Assembly: GCF_009834535.1 (NCBI RefSeq)
Contig: NC_045696.1
Location: forward strand, 72,728,001 to 72,792,000
Direction: 5' to 3'
DNA length: 64,000 bases
Source of the DNA: Camelus ferus
Taxonomy: Eukaryota
Position numbers and translations under genes: made by a program. This document shows, in pieces, positions 1-11,720 of this stretch. The stretch's first letter is position 1, and every line of letters starts with the position of its first letter. The notes under the pieces are model-generated. The model did no database searches and was not told the origin of the DNA. It was given only the letters and a program-made list of their open reading frames with translations.

Positions 1-489
1 AAGGTTTTGGAGGCAGGAAAAAAAAAAAAAAATCCAGGTTTGCAGGTCAGTAGTAACAACTTTGGACAAAACTTCTTCAATAAAGCTTCACACAATTTGA
101 TTTAGCCTATTTGAAAGCAATAACTTGCAGAGACAAGTAACATCTTGCAAAACCTGTTGGCCGTTCAGCTTTGTCATCTGATTTCTTAAGGAAAATACCA
201 AGTAGTTTTAGATTTTTAACACCCTCTGTTTCATGGTGCCTTAGCAAAGTAAAATATTTCAGGAAAGTTCGGTACTAGGAGAAACCCGTGTTAAAGATTT
301 AGTTAGTGAAAAGAGATATAATTCATAGGGCAGAGCTAGAAGTTACATGAATGGAGTCTGGACTTCACCATGAAATCGCTGAGTTTCAGAACCCCTCAAG
401 TATCTCTGACTGGGGAAAATTCGGGTTGATTTAATTTCTTGGAATGCATCAAACCGGTAAAGACTTGCAGTAAGACTATGTATCATGGG

Positions 490-810
490 CTATTAGAGAT
501 CAGAGGGTCTTTATGTGCCTTTTAGTCCAAACTGCCATATGATACAGGAATCTCCTCTATAATGGCCCCGTCTCTGCTTGAACACCTCCAGTGATGGAGA
601 GCTCATGCCTTCATGAGGCAGCTCTCTGTGTTGAATAATTTTGATTTTTGGAAATTTCTTCCTTGAGCTAGAGCTCACTTTTAACTCCTTTCTGCGTCTG
701 GCCTCCAGAATATGGTGAATTAATTAATTTCCTCTTCCACTTGACATCACATTTGGAGACAAATGTAATAATAACCTTGAATACTTGCTTCTCTGAGATA
801 AATAGCCCTC
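490..810 (-). mobile_element. L3/CR1 LINE 3'-end fragment (ancient)
   Basis: ctctgcttgaacacctccagtgatggagagctcatgccttcatgaggcagc...ggaaatttcttccttgagc resembles the reverse complement of the mammalian L3 3' region. Confidence 0.65.
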
Positions 811-1049
811 TAAAATAGAAAGTTGTCTCCTAGGCTCCCAGAACTTTGATTTAAAAAACAAAAAATATTTGGATAATTGGAGAGACAGTCAATGTCCTTG
901 GTCAAGATTTAATATGTTAAGGATGTCTGTTTCCCTATGGGAATCTATAAGTTCTATGTGATCCCAATCAATAAATATGTAAATTATAAACAATATGGGT
1001 TTTTTTCTAGAGCTGTCAAAACTCATTTGACTTACTCTAGGCTTACTAT

Positions 1050-2500
1050 ATATGAAGCACTCCTCCAGCTACTGTGTATACATCCACGTGACAGACAAAA
1101 TCACTTATTCATGAGGTTTACAGTCTAGTGGAGAAAGATCAAAAATACTTATCATTTAAGAAAGCTGTAGTGAAATGAAGACAATTTAACAGGGCAGTAG
1201 GGTAGAGAATGACTGGGTGATGTGTATTTAGCCTGGGTAGGTGCGGAAGCCTCTGGCAGAGACCACATGTGAGCTAAAACCTTAAGGATGGGAGTCAGCC
1301 CTGCGACCCACAGGGAGAGGAATCCTCCCAACAGAGGGACCAGCAAAAGCAAAGGCCCTGAGACTGTGCACCGTGTTTAAAGGACTGCAAGGAGGCCAGA
1401 GGCGTAAGAGTGGAGGGGTGAGGACGAGGTTGACATGTGAGGTGGTCAGCCAACCAGCGCCCGGTTCTGTAGAGCCTGCACTTTGAAGTAAGCAGCTGGA
1501 TTTCAGCAGAAATGTAAGCTGGGCAGTGATAGGGTCTGATTTGAGAAGATCACTCTGTCTGTAAAGAATCTGTAAAGAATCACTCTGTTGTGTAAAGAAT
1601 CAACTATGGAGGGGAGGCAAGGATGGAAACAGAGAAACCAGCCAGTGGGCCAGGACTGGGAGGATGACAGCTTAAGCTACAGCAGTGGCAGATGAGATGG
1701 GGGAAGAGAGAGGACTTTGTGTTGCCTTCTGGAAGTAACACTGACAGAGCTTGCTGATGGATTGAATAAAGAGTGTGAGGGGAAGCGAGGGGCCAAAGAC
1801 AATGCCAGAGTTTATGTTCTCAGCATGAGGGAGCGGGTCGTGCTGCCTTTTGCACCTCTGGTTAAGACTACCGGGGCAACAAATGGAAACTGGGGGCCAG
1901 ACACAAGAGTTTTGTCTTGGGCATGTTAAGTGTGCATTGTCTATGAGACACCCAGGGACAGATGTGTGTAGACCATGGGAGATGTGTGCGTGTGGAACTC
2001 AGAGCTCAGAGGAGAGATCAGGCTTAGAGAAACAGCGTGTTGAACGGTGTAGGACTGGATAAGATCAGGTAGATGGAGGAAAGGAGAAAAGAGTAGAGCA
2101 GGGGGAGGAGTGTGGGGAGGTGAGGAGAGCAGAGCGGAGCAGACATGAGAAAAAGGGGGCAGGGAGGAGAGGCCGAAGTGCTCTGGCACTTCCAGACGAG
2201 ACTTAGGAGATGAGACAGCGAAGGAGACATAGGGGGAGAGACCAGTGAGGGTGGAGGAAAAGCAGGAAAATGTGGTGACCCCAAGGCCTCAGAAGAAAGT
2301 ACATCAAGAAAGCAAGCAGAATCAGCTGTATCAAATGACAGCATCAGGGAGGATGAGAACAGAGATCTGACCATAGAGTCGCCAAGTGAAACATAAAAGC
2401 TGCCCCAGGAAAGTGGTGGAGAGGAAAGCCCAGTGAGCTAATACAACTTTAAGGCTTCTGCTGAAAAGGTGAGCAAAGAAATGGGGCGAAAAGAGGATTG
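1050..2500 (-). mobile_element. L2 LINE fragment (~1.4 kb)
   Basis: Purine-rich antisense L2 hallmarks: gagctaaaaccttaaggatgggagtcagcc, agcaaaggccctgag, agaagatcactctg, cagagcttgctgatggattgaat, gagttttgtcttgggcatgttaagtgtg. Confidence 0.85.
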
Positions 2501-2799
2501 AGAAACAGAACTGAGGATTTTTCCCTTTTTTTTTTCTTTTAAATAGTGATATATTTAGATGCTTAGTTAGCAATTAACTAATGGTGAATGAACATGACGG
2601 AGAACTGAGTGAGCAAAGGGGATGTGGATGAGGACCACGGGGGAGAGTGTGTCCAGGCAGGAACAGCCCTTCTCTTTGCTGTACAGGATGAAGGCCAAAT
2701 ATCTGGTGGGGTTCAGTGTTTCGGGTGGAGGGATGATCTCATTTTGATCTGATCACATCATTTCATATAATTTTATTGGGAAAAATAAATGTGCCTAAG

Positions 2800-4200
2800 C
2801 GACCAGAAAAATATAATGAAAAGAGAATTGTGATGGACCTATGAATTCTATCAGAACTTAAAACGTTTGGCACTATACTAAATAGAAAGTCCAGAAATAG
2901 CAACACATCTGGATTTAGTGTATGATAAAGGTAGCCTTTCAAATCAGCAGGGTTAGGATGGAGTAATCGATAAATGGCATTGAGATACATGTCTAGTTTG
3001 GGGGAGTATAAAGTTTGATCTCTTCTCCACTCTTTAAAGGAAAATAAGTTCCAGATGGATTAAACTTTTAAACATAGAAAACACCATAAAAATATTTTTA
3101 AATGGGAAATTGAACATATATAGTTTTGGCATGGCAAAAGTATGACACAAAACTCAGAAAGGAAAGAGACAGATTGAATTGAAATAATACAAATTTAATT
3201 AAAATATAAAATAAAAATTAAAACTTAAAACATTAAATTTAATGAAATAAAAACACTACCATATGAAAATGTCCCATAACAAAGTGAAAACACAAACTAG
3301 AAACTAGAAAATATTATTTGTATTATCTTTGACAAAGGGCTAGTTTTCTTAATATGCAGATGACTCTTAGAGATCAGTAAGACCAAGGAAAAGATAAATA
3401 ATCCAACTGAAAGCAGGTAAAATAAATGAACAAGGAATTCATAGAAAAAGGCATACCATTTGCCAATAAACATATGGAATAATACTCAACCTCACCCATA
3501 AAATAAGAAATGCAAATTAAAACAGTAATAAAATACCATTTCCACCTATGAAATACTTGTAATTTTGAAAATTCCTAGAGCTGGTGAAGGGGATGCAAAA
3601 CAGATGATTCAAGAGGGGCAATTTGGAAATGGTTAATAGAAAGAAGAACAAGAAACATGCATGTGCCCTTTGACCCAGTAACACCACTTGTAAGGATTTA
3701 AACTGCTGATATTCTTATATAAGTGTACAATGGATGGTCAAAAATATTTATTACAATTAAAAAGTCAGAAGCAACCTAAACATTTATCAAGAGACTATCA
3801 TTAAATATACTATAATAGTCAAAAGGAATTATGAATCAAACCATGATACATTCATGTTATAGAATACTATGCAACAATTAACAAGAAAGAAGTGTAACAT
3901 ATATAGATAATCTGGAAATACTATAAAAATATTTTAAATTAAAAAAGTCAAACTATAAAAACTTGATCCCATGTATGCTTAAAAAATATACTGATATATG
4001 TTACCATATGCACTGAAAAAATCTAGAGTATACATGTTGAATTACATTAGTTTTCTCTAAGGAATGAGATTAGGGTATTGGGATGATGGTGGGAAAACTT
4101 TTACATTTCACCTTATACCTGTCAGAAGATATGTACATATAAAACTTATATATGTGAGAAATTATTTCTATAAGGAGAAAACTAGTTAATTTAAAAATTA
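2800..4200 (+). mobile_element. Old L1 (L1M/L1ME-type) ORF2 end and 3' UTR, degenerate
   Basis: A-rich; aaatagaaagtccagaaatag, gacaaagggctagttttcttaatat, actcaacctcacccataaaataagaaatgcaaattaaaac, gtgccctttgacccagtaacaccacttgtaagg, atagaatactatgcaacaattaa. Confidence 0.85.
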
Positions 4201-4209
4201 TATCCAGAC

Positions 4210-5160
4210 CCAAGCCCCTTTAATCCAGATACTGTCTAACATGTGCAGAATGCAGTTTGTGACTGCTTTTTCCCTTGCTCTGGCCACTCTCTACTTTCTA
4301 TAGTGGAAGGAAGCTCTCTTGTCTTCCTTCAAGTCTTGATCTTCCCTAGATGATTCTAGTTCGTTCTCTCCTCTCTTGAATGGCAGGAGCCAAGACCTGT
4401 TCATATCCTGGGTACTCACCAACAGAGAAACTTTGGTTTGTTTATTTTTTAAAAATTGAACACATTTGTTTAAAAAATGGTTGAATCTAAACAAAATATT
4501 CCAGATCATATCTAACTGAAAAAGGGAATAAGATCTCACCTCCTTTATTTTAGATACTGTACTTCTAATAATGCAAACTAAGCTCACATTTATGTATGTA
4601 TGTATGTATGTATGTATGTATGTATGTATGTATGTATGTATGTATTTAGGGAATGCATGACATGCTGTTAACTTACTAAATTCAAAGTCAACTAAAATCT
4701 CCAAATTTTGGGCACTCTCTATTACATTATATTTGTAGAGGTTTTTTTTAAACTTAGGTAGTAGACTTCATGTTTTTTTCTAATAAATAAAATTGAATTC
4801 ATTCTGCTCAATAATATACCCTGTCAAGATGTTTTTGAATCTGATATCTTTGAATCTGTAGCCCAGAAACTTACCTCATTGCCATGTACATTTGCACTAA
4901 TGTGAGTCTTTTGGATAAGGTTGTTTACCCAACTATGAAACCACTTCTTGAGGTCCAGCAATGTTCAAGGAATATTTGTTAGATGATTCAGATTATAAGT
5001 TTCTCCATCAGTGCAGATGGAGCCAGATATATTTCTGTATCTACTGAGAAACTAAGATGAGGCTGGCATTTACAGAAGCCTTGAACTAACAGGGATCATG
5101 ATTTCCTGTGTTCATTCATTTTGCATAAGTAATTCTAAATTGACTTCCAACTTCTTGCAT
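4210..5160 (-). mobile_element. L3/CR1 LINE ORF2 C-terminal fragment, interrupted by (TATG)n
   Basis: aaaatattccagatcatatctaac...ctcacctcctttattttagatactgtacttctaataatgcaaactaag and ctgtcaagatgtttttgaatctgat resemble antisense L3. Confidence 0.65.
4591..4646. repeat. (TATG)n microsatellite, ~14 units
   Basis: Direct reading. Confidence 0.97.
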
Positions 5161-6214
5161 GTATTCAGGCCCCTTACAAATGAAGGTTTTTTTTTTTTTT
5201 TTAACCATTGTAACTTAGAAACAAAATTTTAGAGATTGAAAAAAGCAGATTCTCTGGCACTGTAATCAGTTCTGTACCTAAGGCTTTTTAAATGTGATGG
5301 AGAAATTTTAAAAATACTGACTGACTAAAAGTGGTACTCGAGAGTTTGAGTTTGCTAGTTGTAATTAAGACCAACGTGTGCTCAGTAGGAATATGGCACA
5401 GTTCTATGAAAGACTAGTCAGTTAAACAGATTAAACACTAATAGATGCTTTGAGGAAAAGTTTTAGGTTATGTCTTCCAAAGTATATTTTTTAAAAAGCA
5501 GGATTGCTGCTTTCAGGAGTATTAGCTGATTTGTTAAGAATTTCAAAGAAAGACAAATTAAACGGGAAAGAAAAGGGAAAACTGAAACACAAAGTTTACC
5601 TCCCAAAAGTTCCCAATTTCCTAAAGAATTCTACCCATCATCAATCGAGTTCTCCTTTTAGGAAGCCTGGAAAAAGGGTAGCCCTTCAGTGGGTCATGTT
5701 TGTTTTCTGTCTTATCTCTAAGCCACCTTTTTCTTCCTCTTCCTCTTCCTCATTCAGGTACTTTGAGTGTTCTATTACTGCCTCTCCCTTCTCTATCCCA
5801 TAATAAAAACCTACCCAAATAAAGGAGTTGTTATCAGTCATTCACACTCTGGTATGAATTTTCAACCTTCTTCTTCTCTAGGATGTTTATAGGTAACCTA
5901 TTACTAGTTATTATAGAAAGACGTTCATTATCTCTGTTCCAGACAGAAGTATTCTAGAGCTAAAATCCCCTCTAAAACCTGATTCTTTTGTTTGAACTAA
6001 CAGTGCTTGCTTAATCAGCTCTAAAGGTGTTTTGTTTAGATTTCTGGAGCCATGATAAGAGTTAGCGTACTCACTGTAAACTTACTTAACAGGAGAGAGT
6101 TAAAAAGAGAAATTCAGATTTAAGAATCTTTCCCAGGAAATATTGCCAAGATAGTGTAAAGAAAGATGCAAAGATCCCTTCAAGTAGAATTCAAAAGTAA
6201 GAAAAGCAAGAAGA

Positions 6215-6365
6215 CTAAGAGCTGAAAGGCACTTTGGAAGTTACCATGCCCATCACTCATTTCATTAACGGCAAAGCCAAGGCTAGAGAGGTGGAAGACT
6301 TGCTTGTTGACATATGCTGTTAGTGGCAGAAATGAGACCAGCACTCAGATCTCCATACTGACTTT
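6215..6365 (-). mobile_element. MIR SINE fragment
   Basis: catttcattaacggcaaagccaaggctagagaggtggaagacttgc...gttagtggcagaaatgagacc resembles antisense MIR core. Confidence 0.6.
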
Positions 6366-6369
6366 GAAT

Positions 6370-6480
6370 TTGTTCATTCATTCATTCATTCATCAAATAC
6401 TCATGGAGGGGCCCTTGGGTCCCAGGCTCTCTCTGCAGTTCTGAAATAGTCATGAATAAAGCAGCCCAAGCTCCTGCATG
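6370..6480 (-). mobile_element. L2 3' end fragment
   Basis: (cattcatt)n followed by caaatactc...cccaggctct, the antisense L2 tail. Confidence 0.6.
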
Positions 6481-7779
6481 AGTGTCACTGCTGAACACTT
6501 TGTTACAGCTGTGGGTCAAGACCTGTTCCCCAGATCATTGCACAAGAACCTGACTGACCTGCAGGACACATCAGTGAGCAAACTTCCCTGATTAATTACG
6601 ATCGGTGGAGTGCTTAGTGGGAGCTTAGCAGGAGCTGACACAAGTACTTTCTCACTATAGATTTCAGGGGAACTTCAACTCACGCGTTTCTGACTCACTG
6701 GGAGCTTAGTATCCCCGTTGGGCTGTTATGACATGAAGACTGGCTTCCCAAGATTCTTCTGTCATAGTTATGACTTGAAAGGGTAAAGACCCTCACATTC
6801 TACCAATAAATAGCTAGAATCACAATAGATTTTTTTTTCTTTTTTAAAATTCAAGCACATCATGTTTTAACCAGTACCAGTTTGGTCCTCCTGCTTTGCA
6901 AAGATTGATTGGAGTACTCTTACACAATATCATATTTGGCGATAAGTATGAAGAAAAAGCTTCCCTCCTACCATGTGTGCCTCACTTCAGATACACAGGC
7001 ACTTCAAAACAGACTTATATTTTGGGGAAGAGAGACTAAATTTTCCTGAACAACTCCTGTTTGTTAGGCATTGAAATCTGTTTGGTGAGTATTGTTTAAC
7101 TTAATCCCTTCCCACCCACCCCTACCTGCTGATTCCACAGAAGGAGCTGGGGTTTTGGATTTAGAGACCAGGGCTTAGATCCCAGCCCTGACATTTATTA
7201 GGGCCTGTCTGTGCCCCAGGGAATTGGGGGAAATAGCACCTCCTCCCAGAACTGTGATGAGAATTGCACGTGGGGCTGTAGGTGAGAGGGCCTGGCCCTG
7301 TGCCTGGTGTGTGGTAGTTAAATAGAAAGCATGAATGACTCCCTCTTCTTGTCCCTCCCTTCTTCCTTTCAAACTGCTTATTTCCACATGTTCCAGAGGT
7401 CCGCCTTGAAGTCTGGCTTAGATTTCTGTCTCCTGCCCTGGCCTCGCATCTTCCAGGAAGCCTCGCTGGGTCAGCCCAACCTAGTCGCTGGCCCACCAGC
7501 TTTACATTCACTCACTCCTCCTCCTCAGATGGAGGCTCCTATTTTTTTAAACCTGTAAGAACTTACTACATATATCATAATGGAAGCTGGATTCAAGTGG
7601 TGGGGCAGGGGCATCTCCTTTATTGTTTATTAGGAGGCACCAAGTTCAAAATGAAAGGAAAACATCTTTAGAATCACGTTCGATGAATTTTTACAAAACA
7701 CATACCATGCAGGCTATGTTTGCTGTCCACTTTTACCTATATTTTTCTTATTTGGGTCTCAAAAAGATCTGGTGCGACA

Positions 7780-7940
7780 GATTATGCTAGCCTCATTTAC
7801 AGGTGAGACACTGAGGCTTGGTGGAGAGACTGAGAATGACTTGCTTAGCGTCACTCAGCTAATGGCATCAGAGCCGGAACAACACCAAACCTGCCCTTTT
7901 AACTAACAGCTTGTGATCTCCCCTTGGCATCACACAGCTG
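7780..7940 (-). mobile_element. MIR SINE
   Basis: catttacaggtgagacactgaggct...gacttgcttagcgtcactcagctaatggcatcagagcc. Confidence 0.75.
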
Positions 7941-9569
7941 GTGAAGAAATTCTGATTGTCTTACGACTCCCCAGGAGCGCACAAGGGAGCCAAAGGGGCT
8001 CCTGAAATTGACTAGCCTGCTTTCCCCCTTGGACTGTGGCATTAGAGCCTTTGTCTGCTACCATCGCACCCATCCTTATGGAGCGCCTATATTTGCATTC
8101 ATCTGCAGCAACCTCATAGAATTAAAGAAAGAATCACGCAATTATTACTGAAAGCTTGTTCCCTTGTCACCGTAGCCAGTACAGAAGTAGTGAACGACAA
8201 CTTGGAGACAATACTATCTGCCATGTCCTCTTCAGTAAGCTGTTTGACTTAAATTAGAATTTCACTGAGCTTCTTTGTAGCTAAACAAAGCCTGCATCTT
8301 GTTGTAAGTAATAGAACGTATTTATACTTGATATCCTTTGAAAAGTGGTGGCACATCAGCAGCTCAAGCAGAAAGTCTTCCCTAATTCTTCCAGATGAAG
8401 TAACACGTCATTATCAGATAAGAGTGTTGTTGATATTTGAATATCAGCATAAACCTATCTGTCCATTTCTAAAACTGAGACCCACCCGAGGGAGATGAAT
8501 TTGTGTATGTGTCTTGATTCAGCTTCTCGATGTTTGGAGAGCATCTATAGTAACCGAGAGATCACTGGGTACTGGATCCTGCACGACCAGTTCGTTTCCT
8601 GCAGCTCCAGGACGAGTTTGCAGTTATGCATGGCTTTTCTCCTTGCCAGGATTTTGGCCAGTATTTCTTGCCCGTCATTCTTCATTCTTGTCTTTGCGTT
8701 TTGGGTGAGTCACTGCCATACTTGTTACTGAAGCTTCCTGGGGTGAAACTCTGGGTCTCTTTCCTGATCACCCTGACAATCCTATTGCATGAGTTTACCT
8801 TGAATTATGTTTTGTATTGCTTTATAATTACTTTGCAGACACTTAGGTATGTTTGCAGATACCTTAGTCAAAAGGCAAAAGGTGTGTTTTCCTTTTCTAA
8901 AGCCTGGCCTGTAAGAATGTCCTCACTTTGGGAAAATAGTTGACAAAATTTACATGTGATCTTGAAGTCCACCTCCACCCATCACCCCCAACACACACAC
9001 ATTCCACCACTGGTCCTAGGTTCATAACCTTGATCCAGCCCCGGTGTGATGTTTAACAAGTCATTCCCTCCTAGTCTCTGCTTCCTTCTGCATAAGATCA
9101 GGTCTGTCAGAGGCATGTTTCCTGTCACTGCGCCTCCCATGTTCAAAGAAGACATCACTGTTGGATACCGAACTCTTTCCTGACTAGCCTGGAAATGGCT
9201 ACAGAATCCTCAGTACACATCCCTGATATATACATATAGGTGACACATCCTTCAAATAACTAAGTTTTTTCCTCAAAATCTCTATCCAAGCTAGACACCT
9301 TTAAAGGAGTTTGGGGTTTCAGATTTCAGATTTCTAGAGGAGAATAAAGGGGGCACCAATGATTGACACTCTTAGAAAAATTTCCCTAGTGGCCTAGATC
9401 GTGCCCATGATCCTGGTGGGATTTGCAAAGAGAGTCAAATACTCAGAGGGTTTGATGGGTTTGATGATATTTTTATAAAACTGACCTGACAATCTTGTAT
9501 TTAAATGCTGGTTGGACCGAGGGAATTGCCTTACCATTGTATTGCAGAGAAAAGATATAATGTTTGGGG

Positions 9570-9830
9570 AACATTTTATTAATTGTGTTAATGAACATTG
9601 TAACACTTAACAAGTGCCATTCTTTGTTCTAAGCATGTTTCAAGTATTAATTCATTTAATCAGCACAATAGCCCTGCAATGTGCGTACTGTTAATACCCT
9701 CATCTTACAGATGATGAAACCAAGGCTCAGGGTGTTTAAGCAACTTACCCGCAGTCACACAGCTGGTCCAGGGTGGAGCTGGGATTTACACCCATCATTC
9801 CACCCTTGGATGAAACTCTTAACACTACAT
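9570..9830 (-). mobile_element. MIR SINE (near full length)
   Basis: ttcatttaatcagcacaatagccctg...ctcatcttacagatgatgaaaccaaggctcag...gtcacacagctgg. Confidence 0.85.
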
Positions 9831-10855
9831 TCTTTTCCCCCTTTAAGTTGTAGAAACTCTGTGAGGCCTGATCGATCTGGGGGCATTCTTGAAAGACAAG
9901 AAGAGGTTGTCCTCAAGCAGTATTACCCACACCAGAGTAATAATGTCATGAGGGCCAAATTATGTAATCCATGCAAAGGATCTGGCACACTGAAGAGGTG
10001 TTTAATCCAAGCTCCTGCCTTCTACTCTGCCTTTCCCTACAAGAAAGATTGCAAATATGTGAACCCAGAAGAAAGTCAAGGAGACACATTCTTAAAACAA
10101 AATAAAAATATTTTTAATACTGCATTCTGAAATGAATTTTTATTAAAAGTGCCAGTGTAGAAATCAAATAAATTAATACAACCAGTGATTTGAAGAAGAC
10201 AGAAAATGAAGAGAAATCATTCATTCGTTAGGAAAATGTAGTGGGGTGCTTTACATAGAAAATATATCCTGTGGTAATATGCTAAAGCTGCCGGTTCACA
10301 GACTTTACTATGTGAGGGATGGAACTTCCTACTCCTTTCTAACTTCTCATGGCTCCCTTGTTATAGAGATTTCTTTTTATGGGACCTGATGAGATATTTA
10401 TCAAGGGTCTTCTCCCTTCAAAACATTGGTCCATTCATCTTTTCCTTGAAAAGCAGCACTGAGGTTCTGAGAGTTCGGAGGGTCTCCCGACAACTAGGGA
10501 AGTTTCTCCTGAATTCATTCTGGCCATGCTTTTCACTCAAATGCTGTTGAAGGTATTTAGCAGTTGACTCCATGGATGGTATCATCCACTGACTGAGATT
10601 CCTTTGTAAGTGGTCCTACTGAGCACAGGATATCTTAATAATGCCTATTTCAGCATGAAAGAGTCAAAGGAGGAGTTAAGGAGGAGTTACAGAGGACACT
10701 TGAAGAAGAGCAGGATTTTGAGTGAAGGAAGCAATCTGAATTGTAAAGGCATGAGGGGTGCTGGGTTGGGGAAGCTGGAGTGGGGTGTAAAAGGAGGGAA
10801 AGAGGGTTGATCTTTAGATAGAGAAAGGTTGATTTTTATTCTGTTTGCACAATAA

Positions 10856-11060
10856 TGTGTCAGTTAGCTCTGCTTTGGTTGCACTTGACAGAAAACCCAA
10901 TTCAGATGGGTTTAAATGGTGGGGGCAGTGGGGAATAGCAAATGTGGGGTGTGTCTTGGCTCACATAACTTAAAAGTCTACACAGCAACTTGGTTTGGTG
11001 GTGGCATGGCACCCTAGGAGTCTCTTCTTAGCAATGCAGTTGTGCCCTCTCTGTTGGTCA
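10856..11060 (-). mobile_element. MLT1 (ERVL-MaLR, MLT1K-like) LTR fragment
   Basis: tgtgtcagttagctctgctttggttgcacttgacagaaaacccaattcagatgggtttaaat...tggctcacataacttaaaagtc. Confidence 0.65.
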
Positions 11061-11089
11061 AGCCTCTAATTTTGTTTGAGTGAAATCGT

Positions 11090-11720
11090 CTTGGAGGCAG
11101 ACTTGAGATCCGATTGGAGATAGAAAATTGGAAGCTTAGCTAACTAAAAGGGCAACACCTGCTCTAGTTCAAGAAAAAAATGATGAAAGGCTGGGCTCTG
11201 GCAGAGGGAGTCAGTATGAAGAAGACAATTAAGAAGTCTAATGATTGAATATCAGGGGTGCAGGGAGGGAGGAACCTACAGTGATTTTTAAGTTCCTGCC
11301 TTGGCAACTGGATAAAAGTTGAGCCTTTCATCAAGCTAGGGATACAAGAGGTTTAGTGGGGAAAGATAGATAAACCTGATTTTGAATTCCTTCTGGGACA
11401 CTCAGGTGCAGATTTCTGGTAGGCTGTTGGTTGTATCCATCTTGAGCTCAGAAAACCATGCTGGGCTGGAGATATGGATTTGGAGCTCATCAGAGCAGAT
11501 GGGTCATTTAAAGATTTTGGAAGAGGAGGGGGAAGACCTGCAAAGGAAACCAAAAGGAAGACAGTCAGAGAGGTACAAGAAGAATTAAGAAGCAGTTTCC
11601 ACAAAGACAGGAAAGGAAGAGGAGGAAAAGTGTAAAATTCTAGGTGGAATTAATTAAAATAAGAGTTGAAAATTGTCCATAAGACGTAGCAGACGAAAAG
11701 ATCACTATCACACCAGGTCA
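11090..11720 (-). mobile_element. L2 LINE fragment
   Basis: gattttttaagttcctgccttggcaactggat..., gggctggagatatggatttggagctcatcag. Confidence 0.7.

Noticed and set aside
5882..5892. 11-nt microexon ttcttctctag|GATGTTTATAG|gtaacc
   Set aside because: It is not frame-preserving, no host gene is identified, and such signals occur by chance.
8490..8710. Minus-strand peptide (EILAKILARRKAMHNCKLVLELQETNWSCRIQYPVIS), and the 40.7-kb peptide, as Mab21/cGAS-like pseudogene exons
   Set aside because: The resemblance is only a vague by-eye one, there are in-frame stops, and no other family exons or catalytic motifs were found. It is not supportable without an HMM search.
9681..10130. Longest ORF (149 aa)
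   Set aside because: It starts at GTG and is built largely from MIR sequence.
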